64,000 bases of DNA from an uncultured delta proteobacterium (GTDB lineage Bacteria > Desulfobacterota > Binatia > UBA9968). The translations under genes and the position numbers were made by a program. The notes beneath the pieces were generated by a model that saw only the letters and a program-made list of their open reading frames with translations, ran no database searches and was not told the origin of the DNA. Below, piece by piece: positions 1 through 9,259 of the stretch (positions within the stretch are counted from its first letter, which is position 1; each line of letters starts with the position of its first letter). The DNA lies in contig CAVSHR010000004.1 in assembly GCA_963727625.1 (NCBI GenBank), positions 1,056,001 to 1,120,000 on the forward strand. The letters run 5' to 3'.

Positions 1-485
1 GCAATCGCTTCCGACCAGCGATCGTCGCGGACGGCCAAGCCGTTCTCCAGCCCTTGTTCGGCCCACTGGCGGCGTGCTCTTTGAAAACCCCTCGAATCCG
101 TAATCCCGCTCAACTCGCTCAAACTCTCTAAATCGATTATGCCGTAGCGCTTGTGATCCTTATCAAAGATGATCGCTTTGTAACGGCCATGGAACAGGTG
201 ACCGATCTTTCGGTGCTTGCGGTTAAAATATTGGGTGTAAGATTGCTGCAGCCCTTGCATAAAACGGGATAACGGCTGTGAACCGCTCTCCAACAGCAAA
301 TGAACATGATTGGGCATCAGGCAATATGCATAGACCGTTACACCCCATCGTTTCCGATACCGGCCCAGTCTTTCCAAATAGGCCTGGTAATCGTTCGGGT
401 TTAAAAACGTCTTCTGCCTATGGTTCCCGCGCACGATCACGTGATACAAAACTCCGGGAGCCAAGAGCCTTGGACGCCGCGCCAT
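1..485 (-). pseudogene. REP-associated tyrosine (Y1/HUH) transposase, RAYT; chimeric and running off the window edge
   Basis: Manual translation MARRPRLLAPGVLYHVIVRGNHRQ...YCLMPNHVHLL...GHLFHGRYKA. After DKD (about nt 154) it switches to another C-terminal sequence (KRYGIIDLESL...) and skips the YIHLNP catalytic segment. Confidence 0.8.
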
Positions 486-653
486 GCCCTCCCCAATAAC
501 AGCCGTGCTATGAAATTGTCTAGATTGGCTAGATTTGAAAGTCTGAACCCCTTCCCCCTAATGGTCAGGCGACTTGTTTCCTAATACAATCATCTCCCTT
601 TCGGCCAGCGCGCGAAACCGATCAATGATTAGACAAGCAAAAAATCAAAATTA

Positions 654-1727
654 TTATTTTGCCCGGTTCAGTTCAAAGATTTTGTTATACTGATCGATTA
701 ATTGATTCAGGTTGTCGCCCATCGATGAAGGCCTCACGAAGACAAACTCCTTTTCGAAGAGCTCTTGAATCCTGCCTTTCTGTTTAATCCCCTTCCGAAT
801 GCTAATGCGGGGAATCTGGGCGAGCGTCTTCTGCCCGTCTTCAGAAAGCATCCAATCGACAAATAAAATCGCGGCATGGGGATGCGAAGATTGCCGCATC
901 AGCGCCAAAAAGTTGGGATCACCGGCATATGGCTCCAAGATGGCAAAATCGATCGGAGCTCCCTTGTCCTTAAATTCGGTTATTCGTCTTCCACGAGCGG
1001 CAATGGCCATCGCGGATTCTCCCGCTATCATGAGCTGAACCCTCATCCTGCTGCTCGAGCCGGGCATTTGAAGGTTTTGCTTGGCAAGGGCACGCATGTA
1101 ATTTAGGCCTTTGTTTTCACCCATTGTGTCTAGCATCACGTCGAACCATTCATAATCTTCGGTCCCGAGGCTCATCTTTCCCTTCCACTTTGGCTGGAGA
1201 AGTTCCTCGTAGGATTTAGGCACTGCCGCCGCTTCAACCTGGTTAGTGTTGTACGCCAACACCAACGGCGTCACTTCAAAGGCCGACCAGTAGCCCTCAG
1301 GATCATAGGCGCCATTCGGAAAGGCTCTGCGTTCTGGAGAACGATACGGAGTCGACAGTTTCCTTTGCTTGAGTTGCCACATCTGAACGGCGGCGGTTCC
1401 AACCACATCGGCGGCAAAGCGTCCTGCTCTAGCTTCGGTATCCAGCCGAGTGTAGACTCCGGAGGGCGAGGAGCGATAGAGATCCATCTTAACGAAGGGA
1501 TATCGCTTCTCGAACGCCGCTACGATCTTGGGATTATCGGACTGACTGACCGAAGTGTACCAAACTATCTGACCCTCTTTTCTTGCCCCCTCCTCTAGAA
1601 AGCTTTTACGCTGTGCGCCCGAAAGGCTCGAAAGCGTCTGCACTACTTCTTCGGGAGTTGCGGCTGTACCGGGATTTGTCAAAAGAAGCAATACCAATGC
1701 TACTATCCATACAATCTTCGAATTCAT
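654..1727 (-). CDS. ABC transporter substrate-binding protein (Fe3+/thiamine/2-AEP-like SBP family)
   Basis: Signal peptide; motifs GARKEGQIVWYTS, AYNTNQV...PKSYEELLQPKWKGK, HPHAAILFVDWMLS. Confidence 0.85.
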   Translation of the reverse strand: MNSKIVWIVALVLLLLTNPGTAATPEEVVQTLSSLSGAQRKSFLEEGARKEGQIVWYTSVSQSDNPKIVAAFEKRYPFVKMDLYRSSPSGVYTRLDTEARAGRFAADVVGTAAVQMWQLKQRKLSTPYRSPERRAFPNGAYDPEGYWSAFEVTPLVLAYNTNQVEAAAVPKSYEELLQPKWKGKMSLGTEDYEWFDVMLDTMGENKGLNYMRALAKQNLQMPGSSSRMRVQLMIAGESAMAIAARGRRITEFKDKGAPIDFAILEPYAGDPNFLALMRQSSHPHAAILFVDWMLSEDGQKTLAQIPRISIRKGIKQKGRIQELFEKEFVFVRPSSMGDNLNQLIDQYNKIFELNRAK

Positions 1728-1920
1728 TCAATCCTTCCTTTCTTCAGTTCTGCGAGAAAGGCCCGTCTGCTTGGCCACATCCGGTTGCCTCGCTCCGAGT
1801 TCTGTTGACAATGATTTGCAAACGAGCGATGAACTGCCCGCGCGTGATGATCATTCAGCAGTTTGATGTGGCCCGGCTAGGGATGCCATTAGGTCCCGCC
1901 CAAAATGCCTTTTGTACGGG

Positions 1921-2298
1921 TTAGAGATCCATCCTTCTCTTTTTTCCCCAGCCGGTCGTGGAAAGATCAAATAGATTACCGTCCGGATCCATTCCGCGAG
2001 TTTCGGCATAGGTCGCCACACGTGACTTCGGAGATCCCTCCGGATAAACTTCCTGGATTCGTCGGGCGGTCTTGTCCTGATCTTCAATGTGAAATCCGAA
2101 GTGATAGAGACCGGGTTGATGACCGGGCTCTTTGGGATCGGTGGCGTTGAGTATCGCCAGGTTAACTTCTCCATCCGAGAGATGGACTGAGCCGTTCTTG
2201 GTTCGGTACATCTCCTCCATATCGAAGACTCTTTTGTAAAAATCAGCGAGTTTGTCGGGTTGATGTGTCAGAATTGCCAAATGGCGAAGCTTAGCCAT
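1921..2298 (-). CDS. VOC/glyoxalase family protein
   Basis: LRHLAI...FYKRVF, GLYHFGF, DPDGNLFDL motifs; GGAG RBS. Confidence 0.85.
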   Translation of the reverse strand: MAKLRHLAILTHQPDKLADFYKRVFDMEEMYRTKNGSVHLSDGEVNLAILNATDPKEPGHQPGLYHFGFHIEDQDKTARRIQEVYPEGSPKSRVATYAETRGMDPDGNLFDLSTTGWGKKRRMDL

Positions 2299-2317
2299 AG
2301 ATTTTCTCCTTTGCAGA

Positions 2318-3229
2318 TCAAATTAGACAAAACGGAATCGACGGCTGTCCGGGCAAACCGAGCTGGAGAACGAAAACCGTGGCGCCACTCGGCGACGCGG
2401 TGCCCGAGTATGGTGCACCGGCAGGAAAGTACATGCACGAAACGGTGTCAAAGTTCTCACCGTTGTAGCTGACCTCGCCCTCAATAACCAGACGCACTTG
2501 CTGAAAATCAGCTTTGCCACCGGGCGTTTGGCTTCCCGGTTCCATCCGCACCAACTTGATATTGGGGCCGCTCTCATTGAAATAGCCAAGGTGGCGCACC
2601 TGCACGCCGGGCGAACCATACAGAGGTACCCACCGGTAATTCGCAGGCCGGATAATGATATAACTACGGTAGCGTGGCGCCGGGTAGCGAACTTTTTGCC
2701 CCATCATGTATTCTTGGACCGCTTCGAACCCATCCTGCTTCCGACCGTTCGCCCAAATGAACAGACCTTTCTCGAATTTCCCAATTCCTTTTTCTCTCAT
2801 TTCCTGCTGGGCCTTCATCACTTCGGGCCACACGGGTGTGGGATGAGCGGACGGTCCGGGAAAGTGAAGCGAAATGCGAACGTTCTCTTCCTGCCCCTCG
2901 GCCGTTTGCGTGGGTCCGTAGTAAACCCCTTCGGGCACGTAGACGCAGTCCCCCTCCTCCAACACATCGCGCCCATAGCGCTCCGCCCCGCGGAAATAGA
3001 AGCGCACTGCCTCGTCGGCGTGCCTGTGTCGGGGATTGTAGCGCTCCGGCGTATAAGTGGTGATTCCGGCTCTCATCCTGATGCCGCGCTCGGCATCGAA
3101 GAATCCAAAGATCTTGCTCCTTCTGCCTCCTCCTCGATGCGTGGCACATTGATCTTGTCCCTCGCGTTCGCGAACCACGATAGGCTCGGAGAGCGGACCT
3201 TGAAATGGATCGATAGCTGACACAGACAT
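2318..3229 (-). CDS. Cupin-fold (probable bicupin) hypothetical protein
   Basis: PRHRH...E motif and GDCVYVPEGVYYGP; co-directional with the VOC gene. Confidence 0.7.
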   Translation of the reverse strand: MSVSAIDPFQGPLSEPIVVREREGQDQCATHRGGGRRSKIFGFFDAERGIRMRAGITTYTPERYNPRHRHADEAVRFYFRGAERYGRDVLEEGDCVYVPEGVYYGPTQTAEGQEENVRISLHFPGPSAHPTPVWPEVMKAQQEMREKGIGKFEKGLFIWANGRKQDGFEAVQEYMMGQKVRYPAPRYRSYIIIRPANYRWVPLYGSPGVQVRHLGYFNESGPNIKLVRMEPGSQTPGGKADFQQVRLVIEGEVSYNGENFDTVSCMYFPAGAPYSGTASPSGATVFVLQLGLPGQPSIPFCLI

Positions 3230-3565
3230 CTTGCGTTTTCTTTTTCCCTCTCCGTTTATTGCACGTCTTCACCTATCGCGACTTTGAATTGACTGTACGT
3301 TGCCAAGCGATCATCGAAACTAGCCATGAAAACCTATTTTCTGCATCAGCAACTCGTAAGCGATTTCCATGACTCTCTCATATGATCATGAATCACGTGA
3401 GTCAATACGAAAAGCGATTTTTCTCCTAGCTTTCCGTCTTGTCAAGTTGAGTTAAAAAGAGCTGGATCCCCTCGATTCTCGGTGAAAACTCGACAGTTGG
3501 AAAGTGCGCAGCCCAATGAAAGGATAAGGCCAAAGGGAAACCAGGATAAAAGCCCGGGGCGCAGG

Positions 3566-5581
3566 GTAGAGTAGAGAACAGGCGCGACCTTCGGTAGGCG
3601 GATCCTTGGCTGTAGCCGTCGTTTCCAACTTCGTGCCCGTTTAGGATCGTCCCTGGAACGCAGTCCTGTTCCCCCTCATCAAACCGTACTTGCAGGTCTT
3701 CCGCATACGGCTTTCCGATCATCTTCATCTCAAGGCATACGAACTCGCCGATAACGAGCATAGCCTGGTATGGCACATAGTCCCAACTCCTTATAGAGCC
3801 GGGATGCCGGCCATTGCATCATGCCATTGCCCTTACGCTGCCGCCGCGTTTGCAGGTACTTGCGCATACGCTGCTCTAGGAAGAACTGCTGGCGGGCAAA
3901 CACTCGCGTGCTGTTGTGCAGGTGAAAGTAATTTACCCATCCCTGCACATACCGATTCACCCTCTCGACCACCTGCTGCTGGGGTAAACAGTGGGTCCAT
4001 CGTGCTGTTAAGCTGCGCACTTCATCGCGAAAGCGTTGTTCGCTTTTCCGCGAGGGCTCAACCACAACGATCATCTTGCCGCTCTTTGAACTTCTCGGGC
4101 GCCCAAAACTAAACCCGAGAAATTCAAAGCTCTGCTGGCGCGCATCCAAGACTTGCGTCTTGTCTTCGTTTAACTTGAGCGCCAGTTCCTCCAACATCTG
4201 CTTGACCTTTTCCCCGGTCCGCTCCACTCTGCCACGCATCAAGATGACAAAATCATCGGCATAGCGGACAAGTTCGGCCGCCAAGCCCGTGGACTGACAG
4301 TATGAACGGAACATCCGGTCAAATAAGTTCAGATAGACATTGGCCAGCAACGGTGAGATCACTCCGCCCTGCGGGGTTCCCCGCTTAGGCTTGCGAGTCT
4401 GCCGCTTGCCTTCCTGGTCTTCTTCCACCACCGCCGCACTCAACCACTGCTTGATCCAGTTTAAGATGTGCCGGTCGCTGATCCGTTCGGCTATCATCTT
4501 AATCAGCTTATCGTGTGCAATGGTGTCAAAATACTGCTGAAGGTCGGCGTCGAGCACGTAGGGGTGCGCGTTGTAGAGCGCTTGTCGTACGGCTCCGACT
4601 GCTTGGTGGGCATCTTTCTTGGGCCGAAACCCATAGCTACAATCCTCGAAGTCCGCTTCAAAGATCGGCTCGATGACCAGCTTTACCGCCATTTGCGCTA
4701 CTCGATCCCGGATCGTCGGTATCCCTAACGCCCTTTTCTTTCCATCGGCCTTGGGAATATAAACCCGCCGCACCGGTTGCGCTCGGTAGCTCTTCTCCCT
4801 GAGTTCCTGCTTCAGCTTTGCCAAAAACTTCGCTTCGCCTTCTCCAGTCTCAATAGACTGGAATGTCTCCCCGTCGATGCCGGGGGCTCCCCCGTTGGCT
4901 CGCACTAACCGATAGGCGTGTTGGAGAATGTCCTCGCGCCAGACCTTGTCCGCCAACAGATAAAAGCGAAACTTCGGCTCTGTCTTGGCCTTGAGATACA
5001 GTTTGCGCTGGAGGTCTCGAATCTTATCCGGTGTTCCTAGCCTCACGGCAATCACCTCCTCCTTCCCTCGTTAACAAACTCGATGAAAGCAGGGCGCCTT
5101 CCCTCCACCGGCGTTACCCGGTCTCTTAGGTACTATTCGCCCCTCCGACTTCTCGTCTGCCGGGCTCGGACTTCGTTTCCTTATACCGAGCCCTTTGCGG
5201 CCATCACCCGCGACATACGAGTTCTCCCGCGTTTCCCAGTAAAACTTCCCTCACATCCCGTCCCGACGACCCCGGAAAGCTCATCTGCGTCCTTTTTCGG
5301 CTAGTCCCACACATAACGGCGGCCTTCCCCATCTGACCACAGGGTCGGCGCTTTCACTTTCAAGTAACGAGGCTCTATGGGTTCCTGGTTAGTACGGCCT
5401 GTGAGTTTGCGATTCTCCGTACACTCTTTTCCTTCCTCCTCCTTTCTCTTCGATTCGGAGTTTTCTCGATCCGCTCAGTCTTGAGAGTCGCCTCGCAAAA
5501 CCGGATCTTCGCTAGCGGGGTGTGCCGATAATTCCCCGCACCGGACTTTAACCGGTTAGCTTCACTGCTTCCGCGGCGCAC
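3566..5581 (-). mobile_element. Group II intron (RNA plus RT/maturase ORF)
   Basis: 5' end GTGCG at 5581; domain V AAGCCGTATGCGG...GTACGGTTTGATGAGGGG after the ORF; 3' end ...CTCTACTCTAC at 3566. Confidence 0.9.
3730..5055 (-). CDS. ltrA: Group II intron reverse transcriptase/maturase (no endonuclease domain)
   Basis: GAPGIDG, LGIPTIRDR, GTPQGGVISPLLAN, YADD, X domain GWVNYF; GGAGGAGG RBS. Confidence 0.95.
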   Translation of the reverse strand: MIAVRLGTPDKIRDLQRKLYLKAKTEPKFRFYLLADKVWREDILQHAYRLVRANGGAPGIDGETFQSIETGEGEAKFLAKLKQELREKSYRAQPVRRVYIPKADGKKRALGIPTIRDRVAQMAVKLVIEPIFEADFEDCSYGFRPKKDAHQAVGAVRQALYNAHPYVLDADLQQYFDTIAHDKLIKMIAERISDRHILNWIKQWLSAAVVEEDQEGKRQTRKPKRGTPQGGVISPLLANVYLNLFDRMFRSYCQSTGLAAELVRYADDFVILMRGRVERTGEKVKQMLEELALKLNEDKTQVLDARQQSFEFLGFSFGRPRSSKSGKMIVVVEPSRKSEQRFRDEVRSLTARWTHCLPQQQVVERVNRYVQGWVNYFHLHNSTRVFARQQFFLEQRMRKYLQTRRQRKGNGMMQWPASRLYKELGLCAIPGYARYRRVRMP

Positions 5582-5592
5582 GATCAGACTTT

Positions 5593-6265
5593 CTATTCTT
5601 GACAATCTGCAGCCAATCGTTTCGCCCGCTTCCGCAACGCTTCCTCCCCACCCATGCGATCGGCGATGCGCGAAACTAAGGAACTCACCGTTGCCGCATC
5701 TCGCCCCAAACACCTCGCCACTTCTTTAAGTTTATAACCCAGCCGCCGGATCAACACGTAGCCGACCAGCGCCCGCAATTGAGAAATCTTCCAGCCTCGG
5801 TCCGCTCCTCCAAGCACCTCCGGCTCGACCTCCGCCGCTCGCGCCGCAGGGCGAAACGCCACGCTCAACGGCTTCTTACGCCGGGGGATCTCCTCCTCGT
5901 TGCCTTTGCGCTTGAGCTTTTCGGCAAATCCCTCTGCTCCCAAAAACCGCTGCTCCCCTGCCTGGTAATAATCCTCCCGATGCCCGTCCTTTAAACCGTC
6001 CTGGACAAAGCGCTGATATCCGGCCCCTCCGCCAACCATCTCGAGCACTCGATCGGACGTCAACACCTCGCTTACACGACCCCCCATGTAATCGCGATGG
6101 CCGCTATAGGGATACTCCTTAATCTTCTGAACCATCTTCGCCCTGAGCGGGTTGAGATGAATGTAGCGAACCAGGCTTAATAGACATTGATCCTTATCAC
6201 AGACGATCGCTTTGTAACGGCCCTGGAACAGGTGACCGATCTTTCGGTGCTTGCGGTTAAAATAT
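5593..6265 (-). pseudogene. RAYT transposase, C-terminal half with HTH tail
   Basis: GHLFQGRYKA, VRYIHLNP, YPYSGH, and a C-terminal HTH (LKEVARCLGRDAATVS); N-terminus missing. Confidence 0.8.
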
Positions 6266-6483
6266 ACGGTGCCGATCTCTCCGGCTAACTCAGCAGTGCA
6301 GATCGTTCCGAATCCTGGAATGGACAATAAAATCTTGGCCATCTTGGAATCCTTGGCGATTTCTTTAATCTTAGCCCTCAACGCTTTGATCTTCTCGTCG
6401 AGTTCAAGACACCGTTGCGCGTCTTCCTGGATCATTTCGCTGACCCAATCAACCCCTTCGCTGAAATGGGCTCGCTTCTGCAC
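6266..6483 (-). pseudogene. IS110-family transposase internal fragment fused in frame to the RAYT half
   Basis: Coiled coil followed by LLSIPGFGTICTAELAGEIG, typical of the IS110 Transposase_20 region. Confidence 0.65.
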
Positions 6484-6761
6484 TTTACGCCGGACTCGAT
6501 TTACTCAAGGCCGGCGGCCACACCCCCGGTTCGCAAATGATCGCGCTCCAAACCGCCGCAGAAAAAGCCGTCCTCTGCGGCGAAATCGCCTACACCTTGA
6601 AAAATATCCGCGATCATTACCCGGTGGGCTGGTACTACGATTTAGGCGATACCGTTGCCGCCCTCGACCGGGCGCTGGCCACGGCGGCGCGGCCCGACTT
6701 GGCTTTTCCCAATCACGATGTGGAGATCATGCAAGGCAAGAGGGTGGCGCGAGTTGTTTAA
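6483..6761 (+). pseudogene. C-terminal fragment of an MBL-fold (AHL lactonase-like) hydrolase
   Basis: The frame extended upstream reads LYAGLDLLKAGGHTPGSQMIAL...LCGEIAY...PNHD; the 5' part is replaced by the IS110 fragment. Confidence 0.6.
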
Positions 6762-7133
6762 AAATTTCCGGAGCTACAACGGTTACACGGTTACGTTGGT
6801 GGGACTCACTATAACCGAGGTGTTCTGAACGAGCGTAGATCGTGACCGCGATGCTTGATCAGTCAATTCCCCGGCCTATGTGCGTCATTTCTCGCTGCAC
6901 GCCACACGCCACTCTGCTTAATCTTCAGCAGCGGCGTCACGGAATCGCGACTGCTGTTTTTTATCTGTGACCGGAAAGTCGCGGCGTTACGAACTGATCC
7001 TGCCCCGTCGGTTTTGCAGCTCACGGCTCCGCGTCGCATCCAGACGAAACCCGGAACCTGGAAGATTGACATGGACACCGGCGGCGCATCGGCGTTGACA
7101 AACCTCCCTGCCGCCGTTATGCAGAGGATTCCC

Positions 7134-8858
7134 ATGCTGAAGCAGATCGAGACCGACGTCCTGGTGATTGGCGGAGGCATTGCCGGCGCCTTTGCGGCCT
7201 ACAAGGCGCGCGCCTCGGGCGCGCGCGTCTTGCTTGTCGATCGTTCCTATTTTGGCCGCAGCGGCTGCAGCGCTTTGGCTTCCGGGGTCTACCCTTCTTA
7301 CATGCCCGGCGACAAAATCGAAGATTGGATCAACGGGCTCGGTGCGGGGCCGCTGGTCAATCAGACTCTGCTCGTAAAGTCGCTTCCGGTCATGTACGAG
7401 CACCTCATGACGATGGACCGCTGGGGGGTGAAGTGGCTCAAGGAAGGCAAAGAGATCGTGCGCATGGGCGCTCCGGGCCGCACCTTCAAAAACGGCGTGT
7501 GGATGACCGAAGGCGGCCCGCAGATGATGATGGCCGTGCGCGCCGGCGTGCTCGAGAGCGGCGTCGAGGTCCTCAATCGCGTGGCGGTCACCCAGCTGTT
7601 GAGTTCCGACGGCAAGCTGCCCACCGAATCGGAGATTATCGGAGCCGCCGGTTTTCACACGCGCAGCGGCGACATCTATATCATTCACGCCAAGGCGACC
7701 ATTATGTGCACGGGACCGTACAAGTTTCCCTATCCCTGGCCCGGCAGCACTCTCGGCTACATGCCCGTGGATCTCTCCGGCGATGGCATCGCCATGATGC
7801 TGCGCGCCGGAGCGCAACTTTCGCGGCTCGAGCTCGGCGGTATCAATCTCAACCCCGACCGGCTTTTGTGCGCGCCCGGCCTGGAATCTCTGATGCCGTC
7901 AGGCGCGAAGTTCGTCGATAAGAACGGCCGCCGTTTTCTCGAGGACTACGATCCCAAGCGAATGGAGATGACCAGCCGCGCACTGCTTTACTTTGCCATC
8001 GCCCATCAGAAGGAACTGGGAAACGTGCCTTCGATGGATCTCCGCGATATTCCCTTGGAGCGCATGGAGCTATTGAAAAAGGCCATCCCCATCGTGGTGT
8101 CGAGCTACGAGGGGCTGGGATTCGACATCACCCAGGAAGCCGTGCCGTACAGTTTCCAAGTGGCCGGCACCGCCGGCATCTTCGGCGCCGGCGCGCGCGT
8201 CACGGAACTCGGTCAGACAACCATTGCCGGCCTGTTCGCCGGCGGCACCTGCACCGACCTCGCCTATCTGCCTGGAGGGCACCTGCCCTTTTGCTCGGTC
8301 ACCGGCCACTGGGCCGGCGAGACGGCCGGCGAGTTTGTCAAGCGATCCGAGCTCAAGCCTTTGGCGGCAAACCAGGTCGCGCAAGCCGTCGACGACATGG
8401 AAGCTCCGCTCAAGCGCTCCGATGAGGTTCGTTACGCGCCGGTCCACCGCCGCTTGGGCGAGCTCGTGATGGAAAAGGTCGGGCTGGTGCTGCGCGCCGA
8501 CCGCTTGCAAGCGGCGCTCGACGAGCTGATCGCGCTACGGGCAAATGAAATTTCTCGCATGCACGCCCGCGATACCCACGACCTGGCCAAAGTCTGGGGG
8601 CTTAAGCACTACACCGATGTATTGGAAGCGACCTTGCGGGCCTATCTGTATCGAACCGAAAGTCGGGTGGCGTTTATCCGCGAAGATTATCCGGTGATCG
8701 ATAACGTGAACTGGGTGAAGATGGTCGTCGTGCAGAAAAGCGGCAAAGATCTCAAGCTGTGGGACGAGCCCCTGCCCGAATCGTTTCATGTCGTTCCGGT
8801 CCGGCCGACGCAGCACAAGCATTTGGTCTTCCGCGAGAAGGACACAGCTCATGCCTAG
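7134..8858 (+). CDS. FAD-dependent oxidoreductase, SdhA/FrdA/AprA-like flavoprotein
   Basis: DVLVIGGGIAG, GRSGCS, SGDGIAM, GLFAGG, RTESR...REDYP; start chosen at the ATG after a GAGGA RBS. Confidence 0.85.
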   Translation: MLKQIETDVLVIGGGIAGAFAAYKARASGARVLLVDRSYFGRSGCSALASGVYPSYMPGDKIEDWINGLGAGPLVNQTLLVKSLPVMYEHLMTMDRWGVKWLKEGKEIVRMGAPGRTFKNGVWMTEGGPQMMMAVRAGVLESGVEVLNRVAVTQLLSSDGKLPTESEIIGAAGFHTRSGDIYIIHAKATIMCTGPYKFPYPWPGSTLGYMPVDLSGDGIAMMLRAGAQLSRLELGGINLNPDRLLCAPGLESLMPSGAKFVDKNGRRFLEDYDPKRMEMTSRALLYFAIAHQKELGNVPSMDLRDIPLERMELLKKAIPIVVSSYEGLGFDITQEAVPYSFQVAGTAGIFGAGARVTELGQTTIAGLFAGGTCTDLAYLPGGHLPFCSVTGHWAGETAGEFVKRSELKPLAANQVAQAVDDMEAPLKRSDEVRYAPVHRRLGELVMEKVGLVLRADRLQAALDELIALRANEISRMHARDTHDLAKVWGLKHYTDVLEATLRAYLYRTESRVAFIREDYPVIDNVNWVKMVVVQKSGKDLKLWDEPLPESFHVVPVRPTQHKHLVFREKDTAHA

Positions 8859-9039
8859 CGTTGAGGTCAATCGAATCGCTTGCACGGGCTGCGGGGTGTG
8901 CGTCGAAACCTGTCCGCCCGACGTGTTGCGCATGGACGAGCAAAACAAAGCGGTCGTGGTTTATCCGGACGACTGCCAGGGATGTTTTGTTTGCCAGTGG
9001 GATTGCAAGTTCGAAGCGCTGCGGGTGCGTTTGCCGTAG
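8851..9039 (+). CDS. 4Fe-4S dicluster ferredoxin
   Basis: CTGCGVCVETCP and CQGCFVCQWDC; start overlaps the flavoprotein stop. Confidence 0.9.
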   Translation: MPSVEVNRIACTGCGVCVETCPPDVLRMDEQNKAVVVYPDDCQGCFVCQWDCKFEALRVRLP

Positions 9040-9128
9040 CGGTTCGCGACGGCGTCATTTCGCCGCCGCCGTCAGGTTCGTCTTTCGGGCGGATTCGTTT
9101 TTCAAGTCGTTGAAAAACTCCGATTGCA

Positions 9129-9248
9129 GGCTGTTCAAAAAAGTCCAGATGCGAGGCGCGCAAGAAATCGACGAGCGGAGGCGTATTTACTGATACGTTG
9201 GAGCGAGGCGATCAGCGCAACGAAGCAGGTGGGCCTTTTTCAGCAGCC
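9129..9248. mobile_element. About 120-bp MITE with IS1182-like terminal inverted repeats
   Basis: Ends GGCTGTTCAAAAAAGTCCA and TGGGCCTTTTTCAGCAGCC are imperfect inverted repeats; intergenic between convergent genes. Confidence 0.6.
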
Positions 9249-9259
9249 GGTTATCGCCG

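Noticed and set aside
2318-3450. Inverted similarity between 2318-2339 and 3427-3450 (both translate LDKTES)
   Set aside because: Short and imperfect; one copy is the cupin gene end, so chance is likely.
3730-5055. Retron, DGR or defence-type reverse transcriptase
   Set aside because: It has a maturase X domain and full group II intron boundaries (GTGCG, domain V, AC end).
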